In this document: positions 8,756 through 18,403 of the stretch, one piece after another
How positions within the stretch are numbered: the stretch's first letter is position 1
Layout: every line of letters starts with the position of its first letter
NCBI GenBank assembly: GCA_040222015.1
Contig: JAVJWO010000047.1
Span: 64,001-128,000 of the forward strand
Direction of reading: 5' to 3'
Length of the DNA stretch: 64,000 bases
Origin: Coleofasciculus chthonoplastes F2-STO-03
GTDB taxonomy: Bacteria > Cyanobacteriota > Cyanobacteriia > Cyanobacteriales > Coleofasciculaceae
Made by a program: the position numbers and the translations under genes
The notes under the pieces: model-generated
Databases searched by the model: none
Told to the model about the DNA's origin: nothing
The model's input: only the letters and a program-made list of their open reading frames with translations

Positions 8756-11380
8756 TTAATGCAATACTCTGACCAGCTCCTTAATTTTGGCAGACTGCCG
8801 ATCCTTGAATTGATCAGGGAAACTTAATTCTAGCGCGATTTTATTCGGCGAAGAACTACTGCTATCCCCCGGAACCAGAATTTCTAATGAGAGAATTTGG
8901 GTTAAAAATCGCTCCCGTGATTGGCTAATGGCGTCTTGACTTAACAGCAAGCCCACTAAGGGTTTTTCTTGCTGCATTTTCTTTAAATTATCAGGCTTAA
9001 GTAATTTAGCATTCGATGTAATAGAATCATCGAGTTCTAATCGCAAACTTGTCGCCCCAATTGCGGTCACTGTTGCCAAATAAAAGTCTCCTTCCCAAAA
9101 CAATTGAGCTGAAGCTTGAACCCGTTTGCGGACTTTTACTGCCCCTTTATCCACCTTAAATTCCTGGAAAGCACGGAAAAGACCTGTAGCCAAAAATCCT
9201 AAAGACTGCAACGGTTTATCCACATATTCCCGTGTTTGTGAATACCATTCCTTCACGTCGGAATACGTCACTAAGGTTAAATTATCTCGCTGGGATTGGG
9301 TGACATTAATAAACTTAACCGCCAATTCCATTTGATGCTCATTGACCGACTTTGCCACCACAATCTGAGCCTCCATAATCACCCTTGCCCCATAATCACC
9401 CACCAATTCAACTTCGATTTCATCGGGTAAATTGGGTTGACCTTCGACTTCTAAGATCATTCGAGTTCCGGTTTCCGAAACATCCAGCGTCACGCCACTC
9501 CAACTTTTGTCATAGCTGTAAATTGTTGCCCCCAGCCGTCGCCGTAAGCGGTGGGCGGTGCGTTCTTGGGGTTGTTCAAAGGCAACCAGTAATGCTGCCA
9601 TTAACAGAGTTAAGTTAAAAACACACCACAAGGCGTTAACCAAAACTGCCTCTGTATCCTCTGGACGTAGGATCAACCAAAAAGGAACAGACGCTAATCC
9701 TAACACCACCAAACCGGTTATACTTAACAAACCCCGTACAGATTGCCAATCAAAATTGGAGAAGCTAAATTCCCGTTTAATCAGGGTCATGTCTTTGTCC
9801 GTGACGTTAAAAGAACCCAGATTGGGATTAATTAACGCCATTGTCGTCACATACCCCGCCTGGAATGCCATGACAAATTCAAAAATTTCATTCCAGAAAG
9901 AAAAGCGCACATGCTTATACGTAATGTAGTTGGTATTAAGGGATAAGAGAATATGAGGAAGTGCATAAGCCAAGGTTTCCAATCCCAAACCCTGAATCGG
10001 GTTGATTCTAAACAATAAGAATAGGGTTGGCGCGATCGCATAAATCAGTCGGGGATAACCGTAGAAGAAGTGAGATGTGGCGCTGAAATAACAAATCCGC
10101 TGGGGAATCGTCAAGTTTAGCTTACGGTTTAACACTGGATTTTCAATCCGCAAAATCTGCGCCATACCCCGCGCCCATCGGACTTGCTGACCCACATAAG
10201 AGGAAAAGTTCTCTGGGGCGAGACCCGCAATCATGATTTTATCGTAGTAAAATGACTTGTATCCCAGAGAATGCAATCGGAATGCAGTATGACAATCTTC
10301 AGTTACGGTTTCGGTAGCAATCCCACCCACTTGTAGGGCATATTCTTTGCGAATGACTGCCGCTGAACCACAGAAGAATGCCGCATTCCAAAAGTCATTT
10401 CCTTTTTGGAGGACTTTATAAAATAACTCATTACCAACTGGAATCCTGCCATCTGTACGCAGGTTCCGTTCAAAAGGATCGGGATTAAAAAACCAGTGGG
10501 GGGTTTGCACAAAAGCCAGTTTTGGATCAAAAAAGAAGCCCGCTACGTGTTTAAGGAAATCTCGGACAGGAATATGATCACAGTCAAGAATCATGACCAA
10601 ATCCCCTTTGGTGCGACGAAACGCGGTATTAATATTCCCCGCCTTGGCATGTTCGTTATTATCCCGCGTCATCATCGTGCAGCCAACTTCTTCGCACATT
10701 TTTCGTAATTTTTCGCGACGGGCTTTATATTTCTCGGCTCGACCATCATCTAAAACATAAACCTTTTTTTTGTCTTCCGGATAGTCAATTGCAATGGCTC
10801 CAATTGCCGTTTTGCGGACAATTTCGACATCTTCGTTATAGGTGGGAATATAGATATCGACCTTGGGCCACTGGTCTTGAGGATATGCCGACAAATCGAC
10901 CGGTTCACGGTCTTGAATATGCAAGGTTTGAAAATAAGCTAGGACTAGGGTGAGGATGGCATAGAGTTCAGCGATCAACAGCAATACACAAAATAAGCCA
11001 TTGATAAAGGCATCAAAGTTGAGCGTGTAGTTGAGGCGATAGTAAAGATATCGAGATGTGGTGACTAAACTTAACCACACTAAAAAGAGGTGATAGTACT
11101 CACTAATTTGTTGATCATTAACCCGGTTTTCCGCTCGCACAACCACTTGCCCGATCGCCAAAACAAAAAAAGCGACAACCCCTTGCTGCCAAACCTTGAG
11201 TGGGGTAATCACTAGGGGAATCGAAATCACCAGTAGAAATAGAACCAGCCATTTTAAATGACTGATACCAATGCGTTCCAATGTACGGTCAAAAAACCGA
11301 GGCAGAACATCAACTAGCCAGTCAGTGGCAAAAGGGCGTCGGGGACGAAATCGCTGGAATTTAGATGAAAATGAGGACAT
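8756..11380 (-). CDS. bcsA: Cellulose synthase catalytic subunit (GT2 plus PilZ)
   Basis: DDG, HAKAGN, DCDH, FFCGS, TED and QQVRW motifs; PilZ motifs RTAHR and DVSETG; multiple TM helices. Confidence 0.93.
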   Translation of the reverse strand: MSSFSSKFQRFRPRRPFATDWLVDVLPRFFDRTLERIGISHLKWLVLFLLVISIPLVITPLKVWQQGVVAFFVLAIGQVVVRAENRVNDQQISEYYHLFLVWLSLVTTSRYLYYRLNYTLNFDAFINGLFCVLLLIAELYAILTLVLAYFQTLHIQDREPVDLSAYPQDQWPKVDIYIPTYNEDVEIVRKTAIGAIAIDYPEDKKKVYVLDDGRAEKYKARREKLRKMCEEVGCTMMTRDNNEHAKAGNINTAFRRTKGDLVMILDCDHIPVRDFLKHVAGFFFDPKLAFVQTPHWFFNPDPFERNLRTDGRIPVGNELFYKVLQKGNDFWNAAFFCGSAAVIRKEYALQVGGIATETVTEDCHTAFRLHSLGYKSFYYDKIMIAGLAPENFSSYVGQQVRWARGMAQILRIENPVLNRKLNLTIPQRICYFSATSHFFYGYPRLIYAIAPTLFLLFRINPIQGLGLETLAYALPHILLSLNTNYITYKHVRFSFWNEIFEFVMAFQAGYVTTMALINPNLGSFNVTDKDMTLIKREFSFSNFDWQSVRGLLSITGLVVLGLASVPFWLILRPEDTEAVLVNALWCVFNLTLLMAALLVAFEQPQERTAHRLRRRLGATIYSYDKSWSGVTLDVSETGTRMILEVEGQPNLPDEIEVELVGDYGARVIMEAQIVVAKSVNEHQMELAVKFINVTQSQRDNLTLVTYSDVKEWYSQTREYVDKPLQSLGFLATGLFRAFQEFKVDKGAVKVRKRVQASAQLFWEGDFYLATVTAIGATSLRLELDDSITSNAKLLKPDNLKKMQQEKPLVGLLLSQDAISQSRERFLTQILSLEILVPGDSSSSSPNKIALELSFPDQFKDRQSAKIKELVRVLH

Positions 11381-11431
11381 ATTCAATGGTAAGGGTTAGT
11401 GAACAAGAAGGTAGAAGGCAGGGGGAGCAAT

Positions 11432-11582
11432 GTAGAGACGTTGCATGCAACGTCTGGGAGCTGGGGGAGCTGGGGGAGCAGAGGGAGCTGGGGGAGCTGG
11501 GGGAGCTGGGGAAGATTTTCCCAATGACAAATGACCAATGACCAATGACCAATGACAAATGACCAATGACAAATGACCAATA
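11432..11582. repeat. Composite intergenic repeat: REP hairpin, 9-bp (GGGGGAGCT)n array and 7-bp (CAATGAC/AAATGAC)n STRR
   Basis: Tandem arrays directly visible between bcsB and bcsA. Confidence 0.85.
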
Positions 11583-11583
11583 A

Positions 11584-14160
11584 CTAATGACTCTTTTGAT
11601 CACTAAGTCGCTTGAGATAGAACTGAGAAATCCCATAGAGCAAAAGCGCGATCGCGAAAATGCCAGCCGGTAAGAAAAACCAATTGTCTTGAATAAAGCG
11701 TGACACCTTACTCAACACTCCCGTATTTTCAATCCGACGAGTCGAAGGCGCACGTTCTAAGAATTCCAATGTGTAGGCATCCGGATCATAGCTAGCCGAA
11801 TCTTGCTGATTGCTGCTGATCAGTACCGTATCTTCCTGGAGTTGGAAGAAAAACGGATCTTTCTTAATCACCTCAAGCACTCGTGCTAACCCATTCGATG
11901 TCTGTGCCGTTAGCGCCAACAGCACCCGTTCCTTGTTATCAGGTGACATAACTTCCTTAATCATGCCTTCGTTATCCGGTAAGGCTTGAATGCTGCCTTG
12001 ATTCCATTGGCGAGAAAAAGCATTCCGTAAGCGGAAACCACTGCCATCAAACACCTCGGGGAAGGGAAATTGCTCTCTGGTACCAATTCCCACCAAATGG
12101 TGACTCTCGCGCACCTCAGCAGGCAACGTTGTCGTTGTATAGGCATCTAAATTAACTGAATCTGCCTTACTCAGTCGTCCCAGACGTTCGCTAATAGTTA
12201 ACAACGTCAGCAAATCCGTATTACTCGGAGAATCCGGCACAACAATCGCGGTTCTGGACAAATCCTGGGGTGCAGCAAAGGGATAACCTTCCTGGAACAG
12301 TTCTAAATCGGGGAGTTGTACCGATTGTTGGCGGTTCAGGTTGAAGCTAGTGTCTGCATGGAGAGTTCCCGTCAATTGTTGGTCAGTGACTTTACCACAT
12401 ACACCCGGTTCTCTGGGATTGAGGCGGAATGCCACTTCCACTTGGGAATCGGGTTTAATTAAGTGCGGCGGTAAATCTACCTTCAATCGTTTTCGCTTGG
12501 CACCGTCTTCTGAACTCAACCGCGCCCCACCGATAAACGTTCCATCCAGTAAGACTTCTACCGCAGAAGTCCGGGGATTAACTTGCGGACTATAGCTATA
12601 GTGCATAGTCATGGAACTTCCCCGCGCAAATTGGTCATCCGGCAAAGCGTGAAAATCAATCAGAATTGGGGGGGCGCCTGACCCGCGTACCGTGATGTCT
12701 TGAAATGGCTCCCCGTTGGCTTGGGTTTGAATTTCGCTGAGGGTAAAGGAATTTTTTTCCGGTAAATAACCGGGCCAATTCCGGAGTGATGGTGTGTCTA
12801 CCTCTTTGAGGCTATTCACCAATACAGCTTGACCTGTACCAAATTTACGGCTGTCAGGCTGGACTAAAAACTGGGCAGCTTTGGCAACACCGTCCGCCCC
12901 ATTGCCTGTCACCACTAAAACGGGAACTGCTCCATCTAAAGTCGTGGTCATCATTAAGATACCCACGTCACTGGGTAAAGCGACTTGGTTCCCATCTAAA
13001 ATTTGATTCCCACTGATGCTAAAGGGCAGATCCAAATCCGCTAATGCAGGTTGTTCGGCGGGTGTGCCAATGACGACCAACCGTTGACCCCACTCGACAT
13101 CCTCTAAATCGTTGATGATTTCCGTATCAATGGGACGGAATTCTGCCATTCTGCCTAATGCGGCTTGAAAGCGAGACGCGGCGGTTAACCAGGTGTCGTT
13201 AACCTTGGGCAAGAGATAAACAATGCGATTGGTATCTAAACTGAGGTCGTCAAAGAAAGGATAGGGATAGCGGCTAAAGTTGAGCGGAATCGGTTGGGGC
13301 TGATATTCAAACTGTAATTCTGAATCCGGTAGTACTTCTGTCCAAAGCGTGGGGTCACCCGGATCGCTACATTTTTCGTCATTGCTTTGGCGAGCGACAA
13401 TTGTCAGTTCGTTATAGTCCTGAATCAGTCGAGAGGGGACGTTGAAGAGGACGCTGCCGATTTCCGATTGTTGGCGGTTGAGGGGGACTGAACCCACACT
13501 TGTGCCATTAACTCGGACGGTGAGATTGGAGTCCTTGGCAATTAGGGCAGGTGAATGCTGGAACCGAATTAGGGCTTTCGCCCCTTGGATTTTCCAGCCC
13601 CGGGGACGGGTAAAGCCGAGTCGCGCTTCAGAATACACCCCTCGGAAGCGGAAGCGGTTCCCGACGATGGGGGAGCGATTGAATTGCAGGATGTATTCTT
13701 CTGTGGGTAAGGGTTCAGCCTCTGCCGTTTCTTCCTCGCGAGCAGGTGAGGAGGATGCAGGAGAACGACGTGCGGGTGCAGGTTCTTCGGGTTCAGTTGA
13801 TGCCGGTGCGGAACGAGTGGGCTGGCTCTGCGGCGGCGGTTGACTAGGTGCAGGCGTCGTTCGCTTGCGCGTTGGCGATGTGGATTTTTTCGGGGGAGAC
13901 GCCGGAGCGGGTTTGTAAACAGGTTCTTTCTGGGGCGTGGTGGGTAGGGTATATTCACGAATTAACTGATCTTCCTGCTCTTGCAGGCTACTGTCGCTTT
14001 GAGCGACGGCAAAGTTGGTCGTGATCACCAGCCCGACGACTAAAACGCTACACAGAAGCAACAATCCGAGTCGCGTTCCTGTAGATACACGGGTGGAGCG
14101 CTGACGTCCGCGATGGGTGGAAGGATTTGGAGATTGGGAGTGACGAAACAGGCGTTTCAT
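11584..14160 (-). CDS. bcsB: Cellulose synthase periplasmic co-polymerase subunit
   Basis: Signal peptide, Pro-rich linker, BcsB-like repeats (SNLTVRVNG, YPYPFFD, LPDLELFQEGYPF), C-terminal TM helix; adjacent to bcsA. Confidence 0.88.
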   Translation of the reverse strand: MKRLFRHSQSPNPSTHRGRQRSTRVSTGTRLGLLLLCSVLVVGLVITTNFAVAQSDSSLQEQEDQLIREYTLPTTPQKEPVYKPAPASPPKKSTSPTRKRTTPAPSQPPPQSQPTRSAPASTEPEEPAPARRSPASSSPAREEETAEAEPLPTEEYILQFNRSPIVGNRFRFRGVYSEARLGFTRPRGWKIQGAKALIRFQHSPALIAKDSNLTVRVNGTSVGSVPLNRQQSEIGSVLFNVPSRLIQDYNELTIVARQSNDEKCSDPGDPTLWTEVLPDSELQFEYQPQPIPLNFSRYPYPFFDDLSLDTNRIVYLLPKVNDTWLTAASRFQAALGRMAEFRPIDTEIINDLEDVEWGQRLVVIGTPAEQPALADLDLPFSISGNQILDGNQVALPSDVGILMMTTTLDGAVPVLVVTGNGADGVAKAAQFLVQPDSRKFGTGQAVLVNSLKEVDTPSLRNWPGYLPEKNSFTLSEIQTQANGEPFQDITVRGSGAPPILIDFHALPDDQFARGSSMTMHYSYSPQVNPRTSAVEVLLDGTFIGGARLSSEDGAKRKRLKVDLPPHLIKPDSQVEVAFRLNPREPGVCGKVTDQQLTGTLHADTSFNLNRQQSVQLPDLELFQEGYPFAAPQDLSRTAIVVPDSPSNTDLLTLLTISERLGRLSKADSVNLDAYTTTTLPAEVRESHHLVGIGTREQFPFPEVFDGSGFRLRNAFSRQWNQGSIQALPDNEGMIKEVMSPDNKERVLLALTAQTSNGLARVLEVIKKDPFFFQLQEDTVLISSNQQDSASYDPDAYTLEFLERAPSTRRIENTGVLSKVSRFIQDNWFFLPAGIFAIALLLYGISQFYLKRLSDQKSH

Positions 14161-14581
14161 AGGAGAACTATTACGGTTGATGGAAATGCCCAGTTTTTAT
14201 TGCTTGGGAACTAACTTATGCGATTCCAACTATCTGGAATTCGGGGATGTTTAAACGAGGCAATTTACGGTGTTGGGTTAGGCGATTGCTTGACCCAACT
14301 GATTGTTGCCAAACGGACAAACTCCCCCTAAACGATGGCAAGCCACATCGTTTACTAAAGAAATCCACTAGAATTAGGCGTGTTTGTAGATAGCATTCCC
14401 GCTTCAGTCCAACGAGTAACAGGTTGACTGAACCCGGTTATTTGTAGAAACGGTGGTGACATTTTCTAGTCCTCTGAATCGGTATTCGACTCGATGCCAC
14501 CCTGATATAAGATGCGATTATTCGGGTTACGAATAAATTCTTAATGGTTTAAAGCCTTGACAGAGGAGATTGACCTCTGTA

Positions 14582-15859
14582 TCATTTCCTTATTGCATTT
14601 CTGGAAAACTGCTGCTGGGATTGGAAAAATTCGGAATTCATTACCAGGTCAGGTGATACAAGGGCGAGCCAGGCTAAGTTTTGAGTATAGTAGGCAGATT
14701 CATCATCCCAAATTCCCTGATTGTATTGGGGTACAAGTTTACTCTCTAATAGTTGTTCAGCTAGAGCCGGATTAATTAAGCGCATAGCGATATAAAGCAT
14801 GGCATATTGGGAGGTGGCATCGTATTTAACTAATGATTCTCCATCGAGGTTAATGCGAGCTGGCAAGCGAGAAGACGATTGCCATTGATCTTCAAGGTAT
14901 TGGGTTGCTGTTTTCAGGTAATTGAGTGCCTCCGTTGATTGAAACCATTCGGCATCCCAAGCGACTCGCCACCAGACGCGATACGCATCAAAGCTATATA
15001 CGCTTTTCAGTTTGCTTTGTGGGGGTATGGACTGAAATTGATTGGTCTGTAAATTCAAAGCAATCCAGTCACTCGGTAACCCAACCGCCGAAACTTTAGA
15101 GGAGTTTTCTAAGACGTAGTAGCTACTATCTATCAAACTCAGCCAGTCTCGTTCGGGATCAACCTGAGCAAACAGGCGAAACGCATAAGGGGCGAGATAG
15201 GAGGGATTAAGATAAAGCGTTGATGGCGAAGGGACAAAGGCTTCCTTAGGTCCAGGAAGGAGATAACGCTTGCCATCGGGTGCAGCGATGGTGGAGTAGT
15301 CCCACAAATCGCGCAGCTTGATTCGCGCTAACTCCAGGTAGTCTGGGCGATTCCAGCGGCGGGATGCCCAAATTAATGCGGTAATCGCATCAATATCAGC
15401 ATCGCTGGCAAAATTTCGATCAATGGCACCCCAATTTTCCTGATCATCTTGACCCCACAGCCAAACCCAAAGATTGTCTTCAGGTTCGCCAGTTTCTGAG
15501 AGTCGATGCAGGTTCGCTTCTGCCCAGTCTAAGGTGAGGGCAAATGTGTTTGGGTCATTAATCAATACAGCCCTGAGCATAGCGTAGGCTTGTCCCTCTG
15601 AAGTAGAGCGATCGCTCGCTTCGTAGTCGATTACTCGACCGTCTTCTTGAATAAATTGTTGTCTGTAGATGACCCAGCTTTGTTCGAGTATATCCTGGAT
15701 AGGCGGCGATGGGGATAAAACGGGAAAATCAGCCACAGGGGAAGCCGTTACAGGAGAGGGAGAAGGGGAAACCGAGGCTTCCGGTGGTTCAGGTTCGGAG
15801 AATTTTATGGATACACAACTGGTGAGATTCAACAGCAGTAACATAGCGCTTGTAGTCAT
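14582..15859 (-). CDS. bcsZ: GH8 endoglucanase (BcsZ-like), probable lipoprotein
   Basis: STSEGQAYAM, ASDADID, LNPSY and FDAYRVWW motifs; lipobox LTSC; the longer ORF start lies inside an STRR array. Confidence 0.88.
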   Translation of the reverse strand: MTTSAMLLLLNLTSCVSIKFSEPEPPEASVSPSPSPVTASPVADFPVLSPSPPIQDILEQSWVIYRQQFIQEDGRVIDYEASDRSTSEGQAYAMLRAVLINDPNTFALTLDWAEANLHRLSETGEPEDNLWVWLWGQDDQENWGAIDRNFASDADIDAITALIWASRRWNRPDYLELARIKLRDLWDYSTIAAPDGKRYLLPGPKEAFVPSPSTLYLNPSYLAPYAFRLFAQVDPERDWLSLIDSSYYVLENSSKVSAVGLPSDWIALNLQTNQFQSIPPQSKLKSVYSFDAYRVWWRVAWDAEWFQSTEALNYLKTATQYLEDQWQSSSRLPARINLDGESLVKYDATSQYAMLYIAMRLINPALAEQLLESKLVPQYNQGIWDDESAYYTQNLAWLALVSPDLVMNSEFFQSQQQFSRNAIRK

Positions 15860-15917
15860 GCTTGTAGTCAGCGCTTTAGCGCTTCTTCTGCTAAAGTGCC
15901 TACTACGAACCCAGTGA

Positions 15918-15993
15918 TTTGTCCTTTGTCCTTTGTCCTTTGTCATTTGTCAGGGAATGGGGAATGGGGAATGGGGAATGGGGAATGGGGAAT
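15918..15993. repeat. STRR heptamer arrays (TTGTCCT)n and (GGGAATG)n
   Basis: Direct tandem repeats. Confidence 0.85.
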
Positions 15994-16004
15994 AACGCGC
16001 CAAA

Positions 16005-18293
16005 CTAGAACCGTTCCCATGGGGGTTGAAATCCTCGTCGTTGTAAAAAGTCTTCCCGAATTTGTTGCATTTGAGTCGATAGTTCTGGATCTAACGTTCC
16101 TCCTTGTTGCAATTGTTCAACTTGCATGGTTTCTAAATCCGCTAAGGCTTCTAGTTGATCATCTTGAACTCGTTTCAGTCCAATCATTGCTTGACGAATT
16201 CCTTGATTATTAGGGTCAAGGGCTAAGGCTTGAGAATAGAGATTTCTGGCTTCATCTAATCGGCGCTGTCGGAATCGAACCCCAGCTAGGGCGGATAATG
16301 CCTCTTGATTATCGGGTTGGGCAGATAAAATTAACTGATAGGCTTGTTCAGCGAGTTCTAAATCATCGATCGCTTGACCAATTTGTCCTTGTAAAAAGTA
16401 GTTGCGGATGTTGGTGGGATCACGGGCGACTAATTGCGCGACTCTAACTCTGGCTTGTTCGGGACTGCGTTGGGCGATAAGCTGAATTGAGCGAATTTGT
16501 ACAGGCAGATTCGTTGGATCAAGCTGAAGCAGTCTGTTATAAAGTGCCTCCCGTTCAGGAGATGGCGGTAATGCTCCCACCAGAGTAAATAGTTCTGGCG
16601 GCGCATTGGTAGCGGGTTGAGTCTGTAGCCAGTAATTGAGAACCCCTTGGGCTTGGGATTCTGAAATCAGATCCGCCTGATATGCTAGGTTAGCGCGGGC
16701 GAGTTGCAGTGTTGTGTCCTGGGGATTACGGGCAATTAACTGATCAAATACAGCCAGGGCTTCTGTGGGACGATTTTGTTGTAGTCGTATATTTGCCAAT
16801 CCCCGTATCGCCGCGTTGAGAAGATCTCGTTCGGCTGGATTACTGGTAATTAAAGCCTGATAACGCTGGGCGCTGGCTTCTAAGTTTCCTTCCCGACGCT
16901 CAATTTCTGCGGCTAATAATTGGGGGGCTAAGTCTTCCGCGCCTGCGGGGGTAGCTGTATAAGCAGCTAACGCCTGTCTTGCTCCAGCAAGGTTATCGTT
17001 TTCTAACAAAATCTGGGCGATGCGGAAATTTAAGAAGGGAACATTGACACCAGATTGGAGGAGATTGGTGTAAATAGGTAATAATTCCGGTCCTGGGGGT
17101 TCAATCCCGGCTAAAGCTTGGGCGATGAGTTGGCGTTGACTAGGATCAGCCGGGAGCGGTTGCAGGGCGCTTAATAGACGGGCTTTGAGTTCGGCTTCGG
17201 AAATTAACCCCAGTTCCCGTTCCAAGGCGACTTGTTTGACTAAGAGAGTGCGGTCATTGGGTTGTAAGCTGATGAGTTGTCGATAGAGATTCAAAGCGGT
17301 TTGCTGTTGGTTGGGTAATCCGCTAAATACGTCAGCAATTTCCCGTAAAAGTTTGGGTTCGGGGTTGGGGGTTTGATTGAGCGCCTGATTATATAAATTC
17401 GCAACTTGTTGAGTCAGGGCTTGGTTCCCTGTCTGATTGCGAATCTCATTCAGCGCTCGTGCTAAGGGTAATGTTGCACTAGGATTGCCTTGTAGGGGGG
17501 TTAAGATATTTAAGGCGTCAGTGGGCTGTTGATTGGCGAGATAGGCTTGGGATAAAGCCGTTCGGGTAAAAATCGCCAATTGTTGATCAGAGAGGAGTTG
17601 GGGCGATCGCAGTTGTCCTTCCAGAATCTGGACAGCCGCCGCCGGATTCCCGGTTTCTTGTAAGGCGCTGGCATAAGCGAGGGCGGGATACCCAGTAATT
17701 TGTCCTCCTGTCGCCAGGTAACGGTTAAACAGTTCCAATCCCCGTTCGGGGTTACCGCTATTGGTAAAGGTTTCCGCCGCCCCCAGCAAAATATTGGGTG
17801 GGGGATTTCCTTGTAGGACAATTTGATAGTCCGCTAAGGCTTCGGCAAATTGTTGTTGAAAACCGTAGAGTTGGGCTCGCAACGCCCGGGCTTCGATATC
17901 GTTGGGATTGAGATTCAGTAATGTGGTGAGGGCTTCGATTCCCTGAACCTGCCATTCGGATCGATAGGTTCCGAATAGACCCACTGATTTTAAGGCTAAT
18001 GCATTGGTGGGATCTTGTGCCAATACTTGTTGATAAGCATTCCAGGCTTGGTCAAGATTCCCCTGTCGTCGATGAGCGATCGCTAACCCTAACTTGGCAT
18101 CCAAGGAATCCGGATAGCGCCGTACCGCTGCTTCAAATGCCGCGATCGCGTCTTGGACTCGTCCTTGACTCAGCAGCGAAAAGGCTTCGCGAACTTCAGT
18201 GGGTACGGTTTGGGCATAAACAGCCGGGATGGTGTACACCATCGGTGCGCTAATGGCTAATCCAGCTAATCCTAATCCAATGAGTTTAGTCAT
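16005..18293 (-). CDS. Secreted TPR protein, probably equivalent to the BcsC periplasmic scaffold
   Basis: Signal peptide ending AVYA; TPR motifs along the whole length; sits within the bcs operon. Confidence 0.75.
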   Translation of the reverse strand: MTKLIGLGLAGLAISAPMVYTIPAVYAQTVPTEVREAFSLLSQGRVQDAIAAFEAAVRRYPDSLDAKLGLAIAHRRQGNLDQAWNAYQQVLAQDPTNALALKSVGLFGTYRSEWQVQGIEALTTLLNLNPNDIEARALRAQLYGFQQQFAEALADYQIVLQGNPPPNILLGAAETFTNSGNPERGLELFNRYLATGGQITGYPALAYASALQETGNPAAAVQILEGQLRSPQLLSDQQLAIFTRTALSQAYLANQQPTDALNILTPLQGNPSATLPLARALNEIRNQTGNQALTQQVANLYNQALNQTPNPEPKLLREIADVFSGLPNQQQTALNLYRQLISLQPNDRTLLVKQVALERELGLISEAELKARLLSALQPLPADPSQRQLIAQALAGIEPPGPELLPIYTNLLQSGVNVPFLNFRIAQILLENDNLAGARQALAAYTATPAGAEDLAPQLLAAEIERREGNLEASAQRYQALITSNPAERDLLNAAIRGLANIRLQQNRPTEALAVFDQLIARNPQDTTLQLARANLAYQADLISESQAQGVLNYWLQTQPATNAPPELFTLVGALPPSPEREALYNRLLQLDPTNLPVQIRSIQLIAQRSPEQARVRVAQLVARDPTNIRNYFLQGQIGQAIDDLELAEQAYQLILSAQPDNQEALSALAGVRFRQRRLDEARNLYSQALALDPNNQGIRQAMIGLKRVQDDQLEALADLETMQVEQLQQGGTLDPELSTQMQQIREDFLQRRGFQPPWERF

Positions 18294-18372
18294 TTGTCAT
18301 TCGTCATTCGTCTTATGTCTTATGTCATTGGTCATTCGTCTTATGTCTTATGTCTTATGTCATTCGTCATTT
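18288..18372. repeat. STRR heptamer array (GTCATTC/GTCTTAT)n
   Basis: Direct tandem repeats. Confidence 0.8.
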
Positions 18373-18403
18373 GCCTCATCTCCCCCATCTACCCCGGCTC
18401 TGT

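Noticed and set aside
14161..14581. Small gene between bcsZ and bcsB
   Set aside because: Only a 35-codon ATG ORF and another short frame lacking an ATG, neither with recognisable features
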